Assembly (NCBI GenBank): GCA_964388175.1
Contig: CAYLYS010000002.1
Coordinates: 33,424 to 92,500, forward strand
Direction: 5' to 3'
Length of the DNA stretch: 59,077 nucleotides
DNA from: an uncultured Chromatiales bacterium
GTDB taxonomy: Bacteria; Pseudomonadota; Gammaproteobacteria; SZUA-140
The position numbers and the translations under genes are program-made. Under the pieces are notes generated by a model. The model was not told where the DNA came from. It saw only the letters and a program-made list of their open reading frames with translations, and did no database searches. Each line of letters opens with the position of its first letter. The stretch's first letter is position 1. Of the stretch, positions 29,539 to 39,309 are shown one piece after another.

Positions 29539-30081
29539 ATGGCGACCAGCAAGACAGTCCTGTTCGCGCGCCGCATCTGGAAAATCGATACCTCGATCTG
29601 CCGCGGACTCAATCGCACCAGCCGTATCTATGGCGTGCGTCCCTTCTTCGCCGCCGTCAGCCGCCTCGGTGACGGCGTCTTCTGGTACACACTCATCGCG
29701 CTGATCGCGCTCCTCGACCGCGAGGCCGGCTATCTGCACGGACTGCAGATGCTCGCCACCGCAGCGGTCGGCCTGCTGATCTACAAGCTGATCAAATCGG
29801 CCACCGTGCGGCCGCGGCCCTATACCGGCAACCGCGGCATCGATCTGTGCACGCAGCCGCTCGATCAGTACAGCTTCCCCTCCGGCCACACCCTGCACGC
29901 CGTTTCCTTCAGCATCATCGCCTGCGCGCACTACCCGATGCTGTACGAGACGCTGTTCCTGTTCGCCGTGCTGGTCGCCCTGTCGCGCATGGTGCTCGGC
30001 CTGCACTATCCCACCGACGTCCTCGCCGGCGCGCTGCTGGGCGCGACGCTGGCAGGAATCAGTCTCAGCCTCTATTCCTGA
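29539..30081 (+). CDS. PAP2-family phosphatase (membrane)
   Basis: Track ORF 29491..30081, with start at MATSKTVLFARR. PAP2 motifs are KxxxxRxRP (KSATVRPRP), PSGH (FPSGHT) and SRxxxxxHxxxD (SRMVLGLHYPTD). Confidence 0.8.
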   Translation: MATSKTVLFARRIWKIDTSICRGLNRTSRIYGVRPFFAAVSRLGDGVFWYTLIALIALLDREAGYLHGLQMLATAAVGLLIYKLIKSATVRPRPYTGNRGIDLCTQPLDQYSFPSGHTLHAVSFSIIACAHYPMLYETLFLFAVLVALSRMVLGLHYPTDVLAGALLGATLAGISLSLYS

Positions 30082-30235
30082 AGTCGTCCCGCCGCCCGCC
30101 GCCGCCCACCCGTCATCGCCGTCCGCGTTCGTCCGTTTGCTTGGAACGCGGCACGACATGCGCTAGCGTTGATGACAGACCCGATAACGGATCCACTGAT
30201 GGATCTCAGCGCTCACAGTCACGCGGAGGTGCGAA

Positions 30236-30469
30236 ATGGCCAGATGCGAAGTCTGCGGCAATGATTACCACTTGGCGTTCGAAGTCATGATGGCCGGCGA
30301 GCGGCACACCTTCGACAGTTTCGAATGCGCGATACACCGGCTCGCACCGTCATGTGAGCACTGCGGCTGCCGTATCATCGGACACGGCGTGGAAGCCGCC
30401 GGGATCTTCTATTGCTGCGCGAACTGCGCACGCGCCGGCGGCGCGCACAGGATCAGGGATCGCGCCTGA
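30236..30469 (+). CDS. Small Cys/His-rich putative metal-binding protein (77 aa)
   Basis: MARCEVCGNDY...FDSFECAIHRLAPSCEHCGCRIIGHGVEAAGIFYCCANCA. It has 9 Cys arranged as CxxC, CxHCGC and CCxxC. GGAGG lies upstream of the ATG. Confidence 0.6.
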   Translation: MARCEVCGNDYHLAFEVMMAGERHTFDSFECAIHRLAPSCEHCGCRIIGHGVEAAGIFYCCANCARAGGAHRIRDRA

Positions 30470-30489
30470 GCACCGGCGTCACCGCCGCC

Positions 30490-30906
30490 TCAATCCGAAT
30501 CCACCGGCCGCGGACGCCGTTCGCTATCGATGGCGACGTAAGTCAGCGTCGCCTCGGTGACGCGGACACACTCCTCGCGCCCACGGTTGCGCTCGGCGTA
30601 GACCACGACCTGCACCGTCAGCGAAGTTCGTCCGATGCGGATCACTTCGGCATAGCAACTGATCAGATCGCCGACGAACACCGGCTTGCGGAACTGAAAG
30701 GAATTGACGGCCACGGTCACGACGCGACCGTGCGTGCGGCGATGCGCTTCGACGCTGCCGGCGATATCCACCTGCGACATGATCCAGCCGCCGAAGATAT
30801 CGCCGGCGGCATTGGTATCGGTCGGCATCGCCAGCACGCGGATGGTGGGCGGGCGATCGGGCAGCACATCCATGACCGTCGCCTGCGGCTGCTCTTCAGT
30901 GACCAT
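30490..30906 (-). CDS. Acyl-CoA thioesterase, hotdog fold (YciA-like)
   Basis: 138 aa. MPTDTNAAGDIFGGWIMSQVD...VTVAVNSFQFRKPVFVGD is typical of YciA. It is the last gene of the fad operon. Confidence 0.8.
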   Translation of the reverse strand: MVTEEQPQATVMDVLPDRPPTIRVLAMPTDTNAAGDIFGGWIMSQVDIAGSVEAHRRTHGRVVTVAVNSFQFRKPVFVGDLISCYAEVIRIGRTSLTVQVVVYAERNRGREECVRVTEATLTYVAIDSERRPRPVDSD

Positions 30907-32746
30907 GATACAAACCCTCCAGAACGGCGCGCATATGCGCCAATACCTGCGCGCGCCGCAGCTTCAGCGTCGGTGTCAGCATGCCGTTCTCCACCGTCCA
31001 CGGCTCCAGCGTCAACGCCACCCGCCGCACCCGGGCATAGCCGGGGAAGGCGCCGAGCAGACCGCCGACGCGGCGGCACACTTCATCGCGCACCCGCGCA
31101 TCATCCAGCGCCGCTGCATAATCCGGCGCCGCCGCACCACCTGGCACCGCTGCGCCTTCACCGTCCAGGCCGAGACCGGCGGCGAACACCCGCCAGCGCT
31201 CGCGGTTCAGCACCAGCAGCGCGGCCAGGTACGGCCGCCCTTCACCGACGACCATCGCCTGCTCGAACAGCGCATCCCCGGTGATGGCCATTTCCATGTC
31301 GGTCGGCGAGATCTTCTCGCCGTTCGAGAGCACGATGATGTCCTTCAGCCGGCCGGTGATGTAAAGCCGTTCATCCTGCATGCGTACCCTGTCGCCCGTA
31401 TGCAGCCAGCCTTCGCCGTCAATGGTCTGCGCCGTCGCTTCCTCGTCGTCGAGATAGCCGCGCATCATCCCCGGACTTTTCACCAGCAGCTCGTCTTCGG
31501 CGCCGATGCGCAGCTCGACATCGCGCAGGGCGCGGCCGACGCTCATCGGCTCGTTGTCGGCGAGCGTATTGCCGCTGACCACCGGCCCGAGTTCGGTCAT
31601 GCCGTAGCCCTGCACCAGCGGCAGGCCGAGACCGATGAAGCGCCGCGCCACCGCCGCCGGAATCGGCGCGCCGCCGCACACGGCGATGCGCAGGCGTCCG
31701 CCGAGACGCGCGAGCACCTTGTCGGCGACCATGCGCCTGAGCAACGGCCACAGCAGAAAACCCGGATGCCACGCGCCGCGGCCCTGCGCATGCTCGAAGC
31801 GCCGCCAGCCGATCTCCACCGCGCTGCGCAGCAGCCGCCGCGCCAGCGCGGGACGCGCCGCCATCTGCTCATCGATGCGCGCGTACACGCGCTCGTAAAT
31901 GCGCGGCACCGAAATCAGCACCGTCGGCCGCACCACCGGCAGATCCTCGGCCAATTGCGCCACCGAACGCGCATAGGCGACAGTGGCGCCGGCCATCATC
32001 GGCAGATAGTAGCCGAGGGTGCGCTCCAACATGTGCGAGAGCGGCAGAAAGGAGAGGAACAGATCGTCGGCATGAACCGTGTTGCAGTCGTGCGACGCCC
32101 AGGCGTTCCACAGAATATTGCCGTGGGTGAGGATCACGCCCTTGGGACGGCCGACCGTGCCGGAGGTATAGACGATGGTGGCGACGCTGTCGCGGCCGCC
32201 GGCGCTGATGCGGAATTCATCCGCCGGCGCCGCGGGCAGCCAGTCGCCGAGCGTGCTCAGGCGCGCATCGCCGCCGATCTCATTGCCGGTATCATTGTCG
32301 GCAGCCTTACGCAGCACGACGCGCAGACCGTCGAACGCGCGCAGTGCCGGCGCCAGCGCTTCCCACTGCGCCGCTCCTTCGATGAACAGCAGACGCACCT
32401 GCGTACGTTCGATGATGTAGGCGACGTTGTCCGCGCGGTCGTTGAAGAACAGCGGCACCACCACCAGCCCGAGACCGAGCGCGGCCTGATCGAAACACAC
32501 CCAGTCCGGCCCGTTCGGCAGCATGATGGCGACGCGGTCGCCGGCGCGCAGGCCGCTCGCCGTCAGCGCCGCCTGCCAGCGCCGCGCGCGCTGCTCGATC
32601 TCGCGCCAGCTCAGATCACGCCATTGCTTCCGCCCTGAATCGAAGCAGCGATAGGCCACCGCTTCCGGCGTGCGCCGCACGCGTTCGCGAAACAGCGCGC
32701 ACAGGCTGTCGACGGCCAGCGGTTCGATGAAAGCGCCGACACTCAT
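30896..32746 (-). CDS. fadD: Long-chain fatty-acid--CoA ligase (AMP-binding)
   Basis: Track ORF 30896..32965, with start at ATG 32746 (MSVGAFIEPL), which overlaps the fadB stop (ATGA). Motifs are TIVYTSGTVGRPKGV, GYGMTE, WLHTGD and LKLRR. Confidence 0.85.
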   Translation of the reverse strand: MSVGAFIEPLAVDSLCALFRERVRRTPEAVAYRCFDSGRKQWRDLSWREIEQRARRWQAALTASGLRAGDRVAIMLPNGPDWVCFDQAALGLGLVVVPLFFNDRADNVAYIIERTQVRLLFIEGAAQWEALAPALRAFDGLRVVLRKAADNDTGNEIGGDARLSTLGDWLPAAPADEFRISAGGRDSVATIVYTSGTVGRPKGVILTHGNILWNAWASHDCNTVHADDLFLSFLPLSHMLERTLGYYLPMMAGATVAYARSVAQLAEDLPVVRPTVLISVPRIYERVYARIDEQMAARPALARRLLRSAVEIGWRRFEHAQGRGAWHPGFLLWPLLRRMVADKVLARLGGRLRIAVCGGAPIPAAVARRFIGLGLPLVQGYGMTELGPVVSGNTLADNEPMSVGRALRDVELRIGAEDELLVKSPGMMRGYLDDEEATAQTIDGEGWLHTGDRVRMQDERLYITGRLKDIIVLSNGEKISPTDMEMAITGDALFEQAMVVGEGRPYLAALLVLNRERWRVFAAGLGLDGEGAAVPGGAAAPDYAAALDDARVRDEVCRRVGGLLGAFPGYARVRRVALTLEPWTVENGMLTPTLKLRRAQVLAHMRAVLEGLYHGH

Positions 32747-34803
32747 CGCTGCGCTTCGCCGGATGACAGATGCAGCCAGCCCTCGTCCGGCTCGAAACGC
32801 GCGCCGTGACGACGCGAAAGCGCCTGCAGGCGTTCGCGCAACTGCGCCGCACCGACGCTGCGGATGTAATGCAGGGGACCGCCGCGGAAAGGAGCGAAGC
32901 CGGCGCCGAAGACGATGCCGGCATCGATGGCATCCTCGTTCGCCGCAATGCCTTCGCGCAGGCAAGCCACCGCTTCGTTGAGCATGCCGAGGATAAGACG
33001 GTCGCCGAGATCGGACGGCATGCTCCCGTCCGCTTCATCCCGCGTTTTCACCGCTTCACCGTTGCGGTAGCTGTAGAAACCGCGGCCGCTCTTGCGGCCG
33101 AGCTGTCCCGCCTCCACCATGCGGCGCAGACGCTCGGGCACCGGCAGGTCGAGATGCTCGGCGAGGTTGTCCGCCACCGCGAGACAAATGTCGAGGCCGA
33201 CGGCATCGGCCAGCTCCACCGGACCGACGGGCATGCCGAAGGTGATCGCCGCGCGATCGACCGTCTCGGGGCGTATGCCCTCGGTCACCGCCATCACCGC
33301 CTCCAGCAGATACGGCATCAGCACGCGGTTGACCAGAAAGCCCGGCCGGCTGCGCACCGCCAGCGGCAAACGGTCGATGCGGCGCACGAAGGCGGCGGCG
33401 CGGCGCGCCAGCGCGGCATCGGTGCGCCCGGTGCTCACCACTTCCACCAGCTGCATCTTCGCCACCGGATTGAAGAAATGCAGGCCGACGAGGCGCTGCG
33501 GCGCGGCCAGCGCCGTGACCAGCGTTTCCAGCGCAATGCTCGAGGTGTTCGTCGCCAGCAGCGCATCCGCTTTCAGCCGCGGCTCGATGTCGCGCAGCAG
33601 CGCCTGCTTCGCCGCCGCATTCTCGCTGATCGCTTCGATGACGACATCGGCATGGGCGACGCCGGCGCCGTGCACATCGGGAATCAGCCGGTCCATCGCC
33701 GCGCGCACCAGGCGCGGTTCGCGCAGCCGCTTGCGCAGCAGTCCCTGCGCCCGCGCGAGCGCCGCGCCGATGTGCTCGGCGGACAGATCCTGCAGCGTCA
33801 CGGTCAGGCCCTGTGCCACGCACCAGGCGGCGATGTCACCGCCCATGGCGCCGGCGCCGACGACATGCACGCGCTGCACGGTCGGCGCGGCGGCGGTCTT
33901 GCCGAACGCTTTGAGCTTTTCCTGCAGGAAGAAAACGCGGATCAGATTCTTCGCCGTATCGCCGAGCACCAGCCGTGCCACCGAGTTGGCTTCCTCCGCG
34001 TACATGCGCGCGGGATCATCGGCATGATGCTCCCACAGATCGATCAGCGCGTGAGGCGCCGGATAATGATGTTCGGGCGCCTTGGCGGCGACACGGCGGC
34101 GCAGCCGGCGCGCGATCTGCGGACGCGCGAAGCGGTGCGCGGCCAGCCGCTGCCATAGCGGCGGACGGTGGCGGGCGGGTTCGTGCAGTATCGTTTCCCG
34201 CGCCGCGCGCTCGAGCTGTCGGCGCGGCAGCGCATAATCGACCAGCCCCAGCCGCGCGGCGGCGCGCGCATCGAGCGCGCGGCCGCTCAGCATCAGATCG
34301 AGCGCCGGCAGCGCACCGATCAGACGCGGTGCGCGCACGGTACCGCCGAAGCCGGGATGAATGCCGAGACGAACCTCGGGCAGGCCGAGGCGTGTGCGCG
34401 GGTCGTCCTCGGCGATGCGGTAGCGCGTTGCCAGCGCCAGTTCGAGACCGCCGCCCAGGCAATAGCCGTGGATCAGCGCCACGGTCGGACACGGCAGCGC
34501 CTCGAGGCGATCGAACACCGATTGCGCGCGGCGGATCAGCGCCACCGCTTCGCCGTGACTGTCGAGGTGCAGCAGCTCACCGATGTCGGCGCCGGCGATG
34601 AAACCGGCGGATTTCGCCGAACGGATGACCACGCCGCGCGGCGGTGCGGCTTCGATGTCGCGCAGCGCCTCGTCGAGCCCGGCAATGACATCGGCCGACA
34701 GTGTGTTCACCGCGGCGTCGCGCTTGTCGAAACTCAGCCACAGGATGCCGTCGCCGTCGCGCTCGCTCAGCCAGTGCGGACGCACGGGTTCAAGCCCGTT
34801 CAT
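32743..34803 (-). CDS. fadB: Fatty acid oxidation complex alpha subunit (enoyl-CoA hydratase / 3-hydroxyacyl-CoA dehydrogenase)
   Basis: Start at MNGLEPV. It has an N-terminal crotonase fold (SAKSAGFIAGADI) and a central NAD Rossmann (VHVVGAGAMGGDIA). Confidence 0.9.
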   Translation of the reverse strand: MNGLEPVRPHWLSERDGDGILWLSFDKRDAAVNTLSADVIAGLDEALRDIEAAPPRGVVIRSAKSAGFIAGADIGELLHLDSHGEAVALIRRAQSVFDRLEALPCPTVALIHGYCLGGGLELALATRYRIAEDDPRTRLGLPEVRLGIHPGFGGTVRAPRLIGALPALDLMLSGRALDARAAARLGLVDYALPRRQLERAARETILHEPARHRPPLWQRLAAHRFARPQIARRLRRRVAAKAPEHHYPAPHALIDLWEHHADDPARMYAEEANSVARLVLGDTAKNLIRVFFLQEKLKAFGKTAAAPTVQRVHVVGAGAMGGDIAAWCVAQGLTVTLQDLSAEHIGAALARAQGLLRKRLREPRLVRAAMDRLIPDVHGAGVAHADVVIEAISENAAAKQALLRDIEPRLKADALLATNTSSIALETLVTALAAPQRLVGLHFFNPVAKMQLVEVVSTGRTDAALARRAAAFVRRIDRLPLAVRSRPGFLVNRVLMPYLLEAVMAVTEGIRPETVDRAAITFGMPVGPVELADAVGLDICLAVADNLAEHLDLPVPERLRRMVEAGQLGRKSGRGFYSYRNGEAVKTRDEADGSMPSDLGDRLILGMLNEAVACLREGIAANEDAIDAGIVFGAGFAPFRGGPLHYIRSVGAAQLRERLQALSRRHGARFEPDEGWLHLSSGEAQR

Positions 34804-36118
34804 CGTCGTCGCCTCCCCGATCGCGCCCGGACAACCCATTCTCTATCAACATGGCACCGCCCTGGCCGCCTCCTATGCACAGACTGGCGATGCCGCGCTG
34901 TGCCGCATTCGTCTTCAGCACGTGCAGCAGATGCAGCACGATGCGCGCACCGCTGGCGCCGACCGGATGACCGAGCGCGATCGCACCGCCATCGACGTTG
35001 AGGCGCGCCGGGTCGATCGCGCCGAGCGCGCCCGGCAAGCCCAGCGCCTGCCGGCAGTATTCCGGATCCTGCCAGGCGGCGAGAACGGCGAGCACCTGCG
35101 CGGCGAACGCTTCGTTGATCTCCCAGTAATCGATGTCGCTCACGGTCAGGCCGTGACGCTGCAGCAGCGGCAGCGCGGCATGCGCCGGACCCAGCCCCAT
35201 GAGCGCCGGATCGACGCCGGCCCAGGCACTGTCGACGAGGCGTCCGAGCACCGGCAAACGCCAGCGCGCCACGGCTTCCGCGCTGGCGAGAAGCAACAGC
35301 GCGGCGCCGTCCGTCACCTGCGCGCTATTGCCGGCGGTGACGAGGCCGAAGGGACGATCGAACACCGGCTTGAGCGCGGCAAGGCGCTCCATGCTGGTAT
35401 CGCGGCGCAGTCCGTCATCCTCGGCATAGACCTTGCCGTCGCCATCGTAGATCGTTGCGATTTCGCCGAGACGGTTTTCATCGACGGCGTGCGCCAGACG
35501 GCGATGGCTGTCGAGCGCGTAGGCATCCATGCGTTCACGCTCGATGTGGAAACGGTAGGCAAGGTTTTCCGCCGTCTGCCCCATCGACAGACCGGCGATC
35601 GGATCGGTGAGGCCGCGCAGCAGGCCGGGCACCGGTTTGAAATGCGCCGGACGCAGCCGCGTCAGACTGCGCGCCCGTGCGCGCCAGTCGCGCGCGCCGT
35701 TCCACTGCGCCAGCCAGTCGGCGAGCGCGTCGCCGAACAGCAGCGGTGCATGACTCATCGCTTCGGTGCCGCCCGCCAGCACCAGATGCGAGCGCCCCAG
35801 GCGGATCCGCGCCGCCGCAGCATCGAGCGCCTGCATGCCCGAGGCACAGTTGCGCTGCACCGTCCAGGCGGTGACGCCATGACCGCAGCCGAGACGGAGC
35901 GCGGTGACACGGGCGATGTTGGCCTCGTCGGCGCCGGGCATGGCGCAGCCGAGGATGAGTTCGTCGAGATCGGCGGGCGCGAACGGCTGGCGCAGCAGCA
36001 GCGCCCGGCCCGCGGCCACCGCCAGATCGGAAGCGCCAAAGGGATTGCGCGCGCCGCGCGCCTTGAGGAAAGGCGTGCGACAGCCGTCCACTATATAGAC
36101 GGAGCCGTCCGCATTCAT
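34790..36118 (-). CDS. fadA: Acetyl-CoA C-acyltransferase (thiolase)
   Basis: Start at MNADGSVYIVDGCRTPF, overlapping the fadE stop (ATGA). Thiolase signatures are VQRNCASGMQAL, NINEAFAAQ and GGAIALGHPVGASG. Confidence 0.9.
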   Translation of the reverse strand: MNADGSVYIVDGCRTPFLKARGARNPFGASDLAVAAGRALLLRQPFAPADLDELILGCAMPGADEANIARVTALRLGCGHGVTAWTVQRNCASGMQALDAAAARIRLGRSHLVLAGGTEAMSHAPLLFGDALADWLAQWNGARDWRARARSLTRLRPAHFKPVPGLLRGLTDPIAGLSMGQTAENLAYRFHIERERMDAYALDSHRRLAHAVDENRLGEIATIYDGDGKVYAEDDGLRRDTSMERLAALKPVFDRPFGLVTAGNSAQVTDGAALLLLASAEAVARWRLPVLGRLVDSAWAGVDPALMGLGPAHAALPLLQRHGLTVSDIDYWEINEAFAAQVLAVLAAWQDPEYCRQALGLPGALGAIDPARLNVDGGAIALGHPVGASGARIVLHLLHVLKTNAAQRGIASLCIGGGQGGAMLIENGLSGRDRGGDDDERA

Positions 36119-38562
36119 GAGTGCCTGGTGTTCCAATAGTCCGCCGGAAATTCGTCTACCATGATGACTTCACGCCGCGCGGTCAAGGCCCGGCGCCAGA
36201 GATCGGCTTCGCCTTCATCGATCACGCCGGCGCCGAGACCGGCTTCGATCAGCTCGGTCTCCGCAGCCCCGATCCGTTCGTCCATTCTTCCCTGACGCAT
36301 GGCGCGCCTGAGCTTGCACTCCACCTGCTCGGCGGCATGCACCAGCGCCAGCGCCGCATCGACGCGGCCGATGGTCTGCACCGTATCGCCGGTAGTGTAC
36401 ATCCCCGCCGTCAGCCGCTCGCGCGCCGCGCCCGGGCTCATGATCACCGCCGCGGCGCGCCGCCCGAGTGTATCCGAAGGCCCGCGGTAACGGCGCCCGA
36501 GCGGAAAGATCAGCACCGACAACAACCAGGCGACGGGGCGCGAGGGCAGGTTGCGCAGCAGACCGCTCAGGCTGTCCTGCACCCGCGCCAGCGCATCCTC
36601 GCACGCCCATTGCATCAGCGCCACATCCGCCTGCGGACGCGCTTCCATTTCGAAGCGGCGCAGCACCGCTGTCATCAGATAGAGCTGGCTCAGCACGTCG
36701 GCGAGACGCCCGGACAGATGCTCGCGGCGCTTCAGTTCGCCGCCGAACAGCAGCAGCGCGGCATCGGCGGCGAGCGCGAAGGCCGCGCTCATGCGCGCGA
36801 GCTGGCGGAAATAGGGCTGCGCATGCCGTCCGCCCGGCGCCGGCAGCAGGTGCGCGCCGCCGAGCCCGAACCACAGTGCGCGGGCAGCATTGCTGACGAT
36901 GAAGCCGGCATGCCCGAACAGCGCGCGGTCGAATTCGAGCAGCTCCCGTTCCTCGTCCCCGCACGCCGCCGCGCGCATCTCGGCCAGCACCCAGGGATGG
37001 CAGCGCACCGCGCCCTGGCCGAAGATGATCATGCTGCGCGTGAGGATGTTGGCGCCTTCGACGGTGATGCTGATCGGCACCGCCTGGTAGACGCGGGCGA
37101 GCAGATTGCGCGGCCCCATGCAGATGCCGCTGCCGCCCTGCACGTCCATGCCGTCGTTGACCACGCTGCGCATGCGCTCGGTGAGATTGTACTTGACGAT
37201 GGCCGAGGCCACCGCCGGATGCTCGCCGCGATCGATCGCCTGCACGGTCATCACGCGCGCGGCATCCATGAGATAGGCATGGCCGGCGATGCGCGCCAAC
37301 GCTTCCTCCACGCCTTCGAAACGACCGATGGGCTGGCGGAACTGGCGGCGGATGCGGGCATAGGCGCCGGTATAGCGCGCCACCAGCTTGCCGGCGCCGG
37401 CGGCGAGCGCCGGCAGCGAGATCGCGCGGCCCGCGGCCAGACATTCCATCAGCATGCGCCAGCCTTCGCCGATGCCGTCACGGCCGCCGATGATCCAGTC
37501 GAGCGGAATGAACACGTCGCGGCCGCGCAGCGGACCGTTCTGGAAAGCGATGCCGAGCGGTTCATGGCGCGCGCCGACGCTGACGCCGGGTGTATCGCGC
37601 GGAATCAGCGCCAGCGTGATGCCGCGTTCGACCTCGTCGCCGAGCAGGCCGTCCGGATCGCGCAGATTGAAGGCGAGCCCGAACACGGTGGCGACCGGCG
37701 CGAGCGTGATGTAGCGCTTGTCCCAGTCGAGGCGGATGCCGAGCACCGCCTCGCCATCGACTTCACGCCGGCAGACGATGCCGGTGTCCGGCATGCTGCC
37801 GGCGTCGCTGCCCGCCTCGGGACCGGTGAGCGCGAAACAGGGTACTTCCTCGCCGCGGGCGAGACGCGGCAGATAATGATCCTTCTGATCGCGGCTGCCA
37901 TAGCGCAGCAGCAGCTCGGCCGGACCGAGCGAGTTCGGCACCATGACGGTGACGGCGGCGGCGAGGCTGCGCGTCGCCACCTTCATCACCACCGCGGAAT
38001 GCGCGAGCGCGGAAAAACCGAGCCCGCCGTATTCACGCGGAATGATCATGCCGAAGAAGCCCTGCGCCTTGATGTATGCCCACACCGGCGGCGGCAGATC
38101 GTGGCGCTCGGCGCTGATGTGCCAGTCGTCGAGCATGGCGCACAGGGTCTCGACCGGCCCGTCGAGAAAGGCCTGCTCCTCGGCCGAGAACCGCGGCGGC
38201 GGCAGATCGAGCACCTCGCGCCAGCGCGGACGACCGCTGAACAGCTCACCCTCCCACCACACCGTGCCCGCCTCCAGCGCCTCGCGCTCGGTGCGCGACA
38301 GCGCCGGCATGACGCGGCGGAACCAGGGCAGCACGCGCGCCGTGATCCCGCGCCGGCGCAGCGGTATGACGTTCAATGGAATGGCGACCAGCAGGAACAA
38401 CGTCCACAGCAACAGCAGCGGCAGGACACCGAGCGCGGACCACAGCGTCAGCGCAACGAGCATCACGGCGACGATCGCGGTCGCAAACGGCAGCGCGATC
38501 CGTGTAACGGCAAGAGTCCAGAGGACGGCGAGCAAGGCAAACAATGAGAGCAAAGTCATCAT
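36115..38562 (-). CDS. fadE: Large membrane-anchored acyl-CoA dehydrogenase
   Basis: 815 aa with N-terminal TM helices, an ACAD core (ALTGPEAGSDAGS, TVEGANILTRS) and a long C-terminal DUF1974-like tail, as in FadE. Confidence 0.88.
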   Translation of the reverse strand: MMTLLSLFALLAVLWTLAVTRIALPFATAIVAVMLVALTLWSALGVLPLLLLWTLFLLVAIPLNVIPLRRRGITARVLPWFRRVMPALSRTEREALEAGTVWWEGELFSGRPRWREVLDLPPPRFSAEEQAFLDGPVETLCAMLDDWHISAERHDLPPPVWAYIKAQGFFGMIIPREYGGLGFSALAHSAVVMKVATRSLAAAVTVMVPNSLGPAELLLRYGSRDQKDHYLPRLARGEEVPCFALTGPEAGSDAGSMPDTGIVCRREVDGEAVLGIRLDWDKRYITLAPVATVFGLAFNLRDPDGLLGDEVERGITLALIPRDTPGVSVGARHEPLGIAFQNGPLRGRDVFIPLDWIIGGRDGIGEGWRMLMECLAAGRAISLPALAAGAGKLVARYTGAYARIRRQFRQPIGRFEGVEEALARIAGHAYLMDAARVMTVQAIDRGEHPAVASAIVKYNLTERMRSVVNDGMDVQGGSGICMGPRNLLARVYQAVPISITVEGANILTRSMIIFGQGAVRCHPWVLAEMRAAACGDEERELLEFDRALFGHAGFIVSNAARALWFGLGGAHLLPAPGGRHAQPYFRQLARMSAAFALAADAALLLFGGELKRREHLSGRLADVLSQLYLMTAVLRRFEMEARPQADVALMQWACEDALARVQDSLSGLLRNLPSRPVAWLLSVLIFPLGRRYRGPSDTLGRRAAAVIMSPGAARERLTAGMYTTGDTVQTIGRVDAALALVHAAEQVECKLRRAMRQGRMDERIGAAETELIEAGLGAGVIDEGEADLWRRALTARREVIMVDEFPADYWNTRHS

Positions 38563-38695
38563 GTCATCGCCTCATTACGACGATCCGCGGCGCCGACGAA
38601 TACGCGAATACTCTGATTGTCACTGTACTCCGGTTTTCCGGCAATGACAGTGCAGCCATGCCGTTATCCGGCCAGGAACAAGAGCGAGCAACGCG

Positions 38696-39049
38696 TCAGC
38701 CGCCCTTGGCACCCCTCCCCCGCACCGCCGCCGCCACCCGCTCCAGCAGCTTCGGCGTCACCCGATCTTGACGCTCGATCTTGCTGATGTAGGCCTGGCT
38801 GACACCCATCCGCCGCGCCAGTTCGGCCTGCGACAGACGCGCCCTGACGCGCGCGAGGGCGACGGGGTTATCGACGTAATCCTCGAGCCGGAACGGAACA
38901 TAGTCCTTGCCTGCCCTGTCGGGGCGCTCCTTGAGCTTGCGCTCCAGATCGCCACGCAGACGCTGGAACAAGTCATAGGGCAGCAACACGTATTCCGGTT
39001 TGCCGTCCAGCGACTGGATGACCTGGATCTTCTTCAAGGCCGAGCTCAC
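38696..39049 (-). CDS. XRE-family HTH antitoxin (HigA-like position)
   Basis: 117 aa with a C-terminal HTH, RARLSQAELARRMGVSQAYISKIER. It overlaps the upstream toxin gene by 4 nt. Confidence 0.75.
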   Translation of the reverse strand: MSSALKKIQVIQSLDGKPEYVLLPYDLFQRLRGDLERKLKERPDRAGKDYVPFRLEDYVDNPVALARVRARLSQAELARRMGVSQAYISKIERQDRVTPKLLERVAAAVRGRGAKGG

Positions 39050-39309
39050 TTATAAACGTCTCCCCGCATTCCTATGCGATGAATCGCGATCACCCGCGTT
39101 TCGTCGTCGCGGGTGAACAGAATCCGCCAACCGCCGACGCGCAAGCGCCATTCCGAGCGACCGGCCATCGCCTTGACGTTCAGCGCCGGTGCATCGGGAT
39201 CATCCCCCAACACCTGAATCCGTTCGGCGATGCGCTGCCGCGTCGTTCGGTCGAGGCGGACCAGCATGCGCTGCGCCTCGCGATGGATGACGATCGTCCA
39301 TGTCGTCAT
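39046..39309 (-). CDS. RelE/ParE-superfamily type II toxin
   Basis: Track ORF 39046..39450, with start at ATG 39309 (MTTWTIVIHREAQRML...WRLRVGGWRILFTRDDETRVIAIHRIGMRGDVYK). This is the canonical RelE/ParE C-terminal pattern. Confidence 0.8.
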   Translation of the reverse strand: MTTWTIVIHREAQRMLVRLDRTTRQRIAERIQVLGDDPDAPALNVKAMAGRSEWRLRVGGWRILFTRDDETRVIAIHRIGMRGDVYK

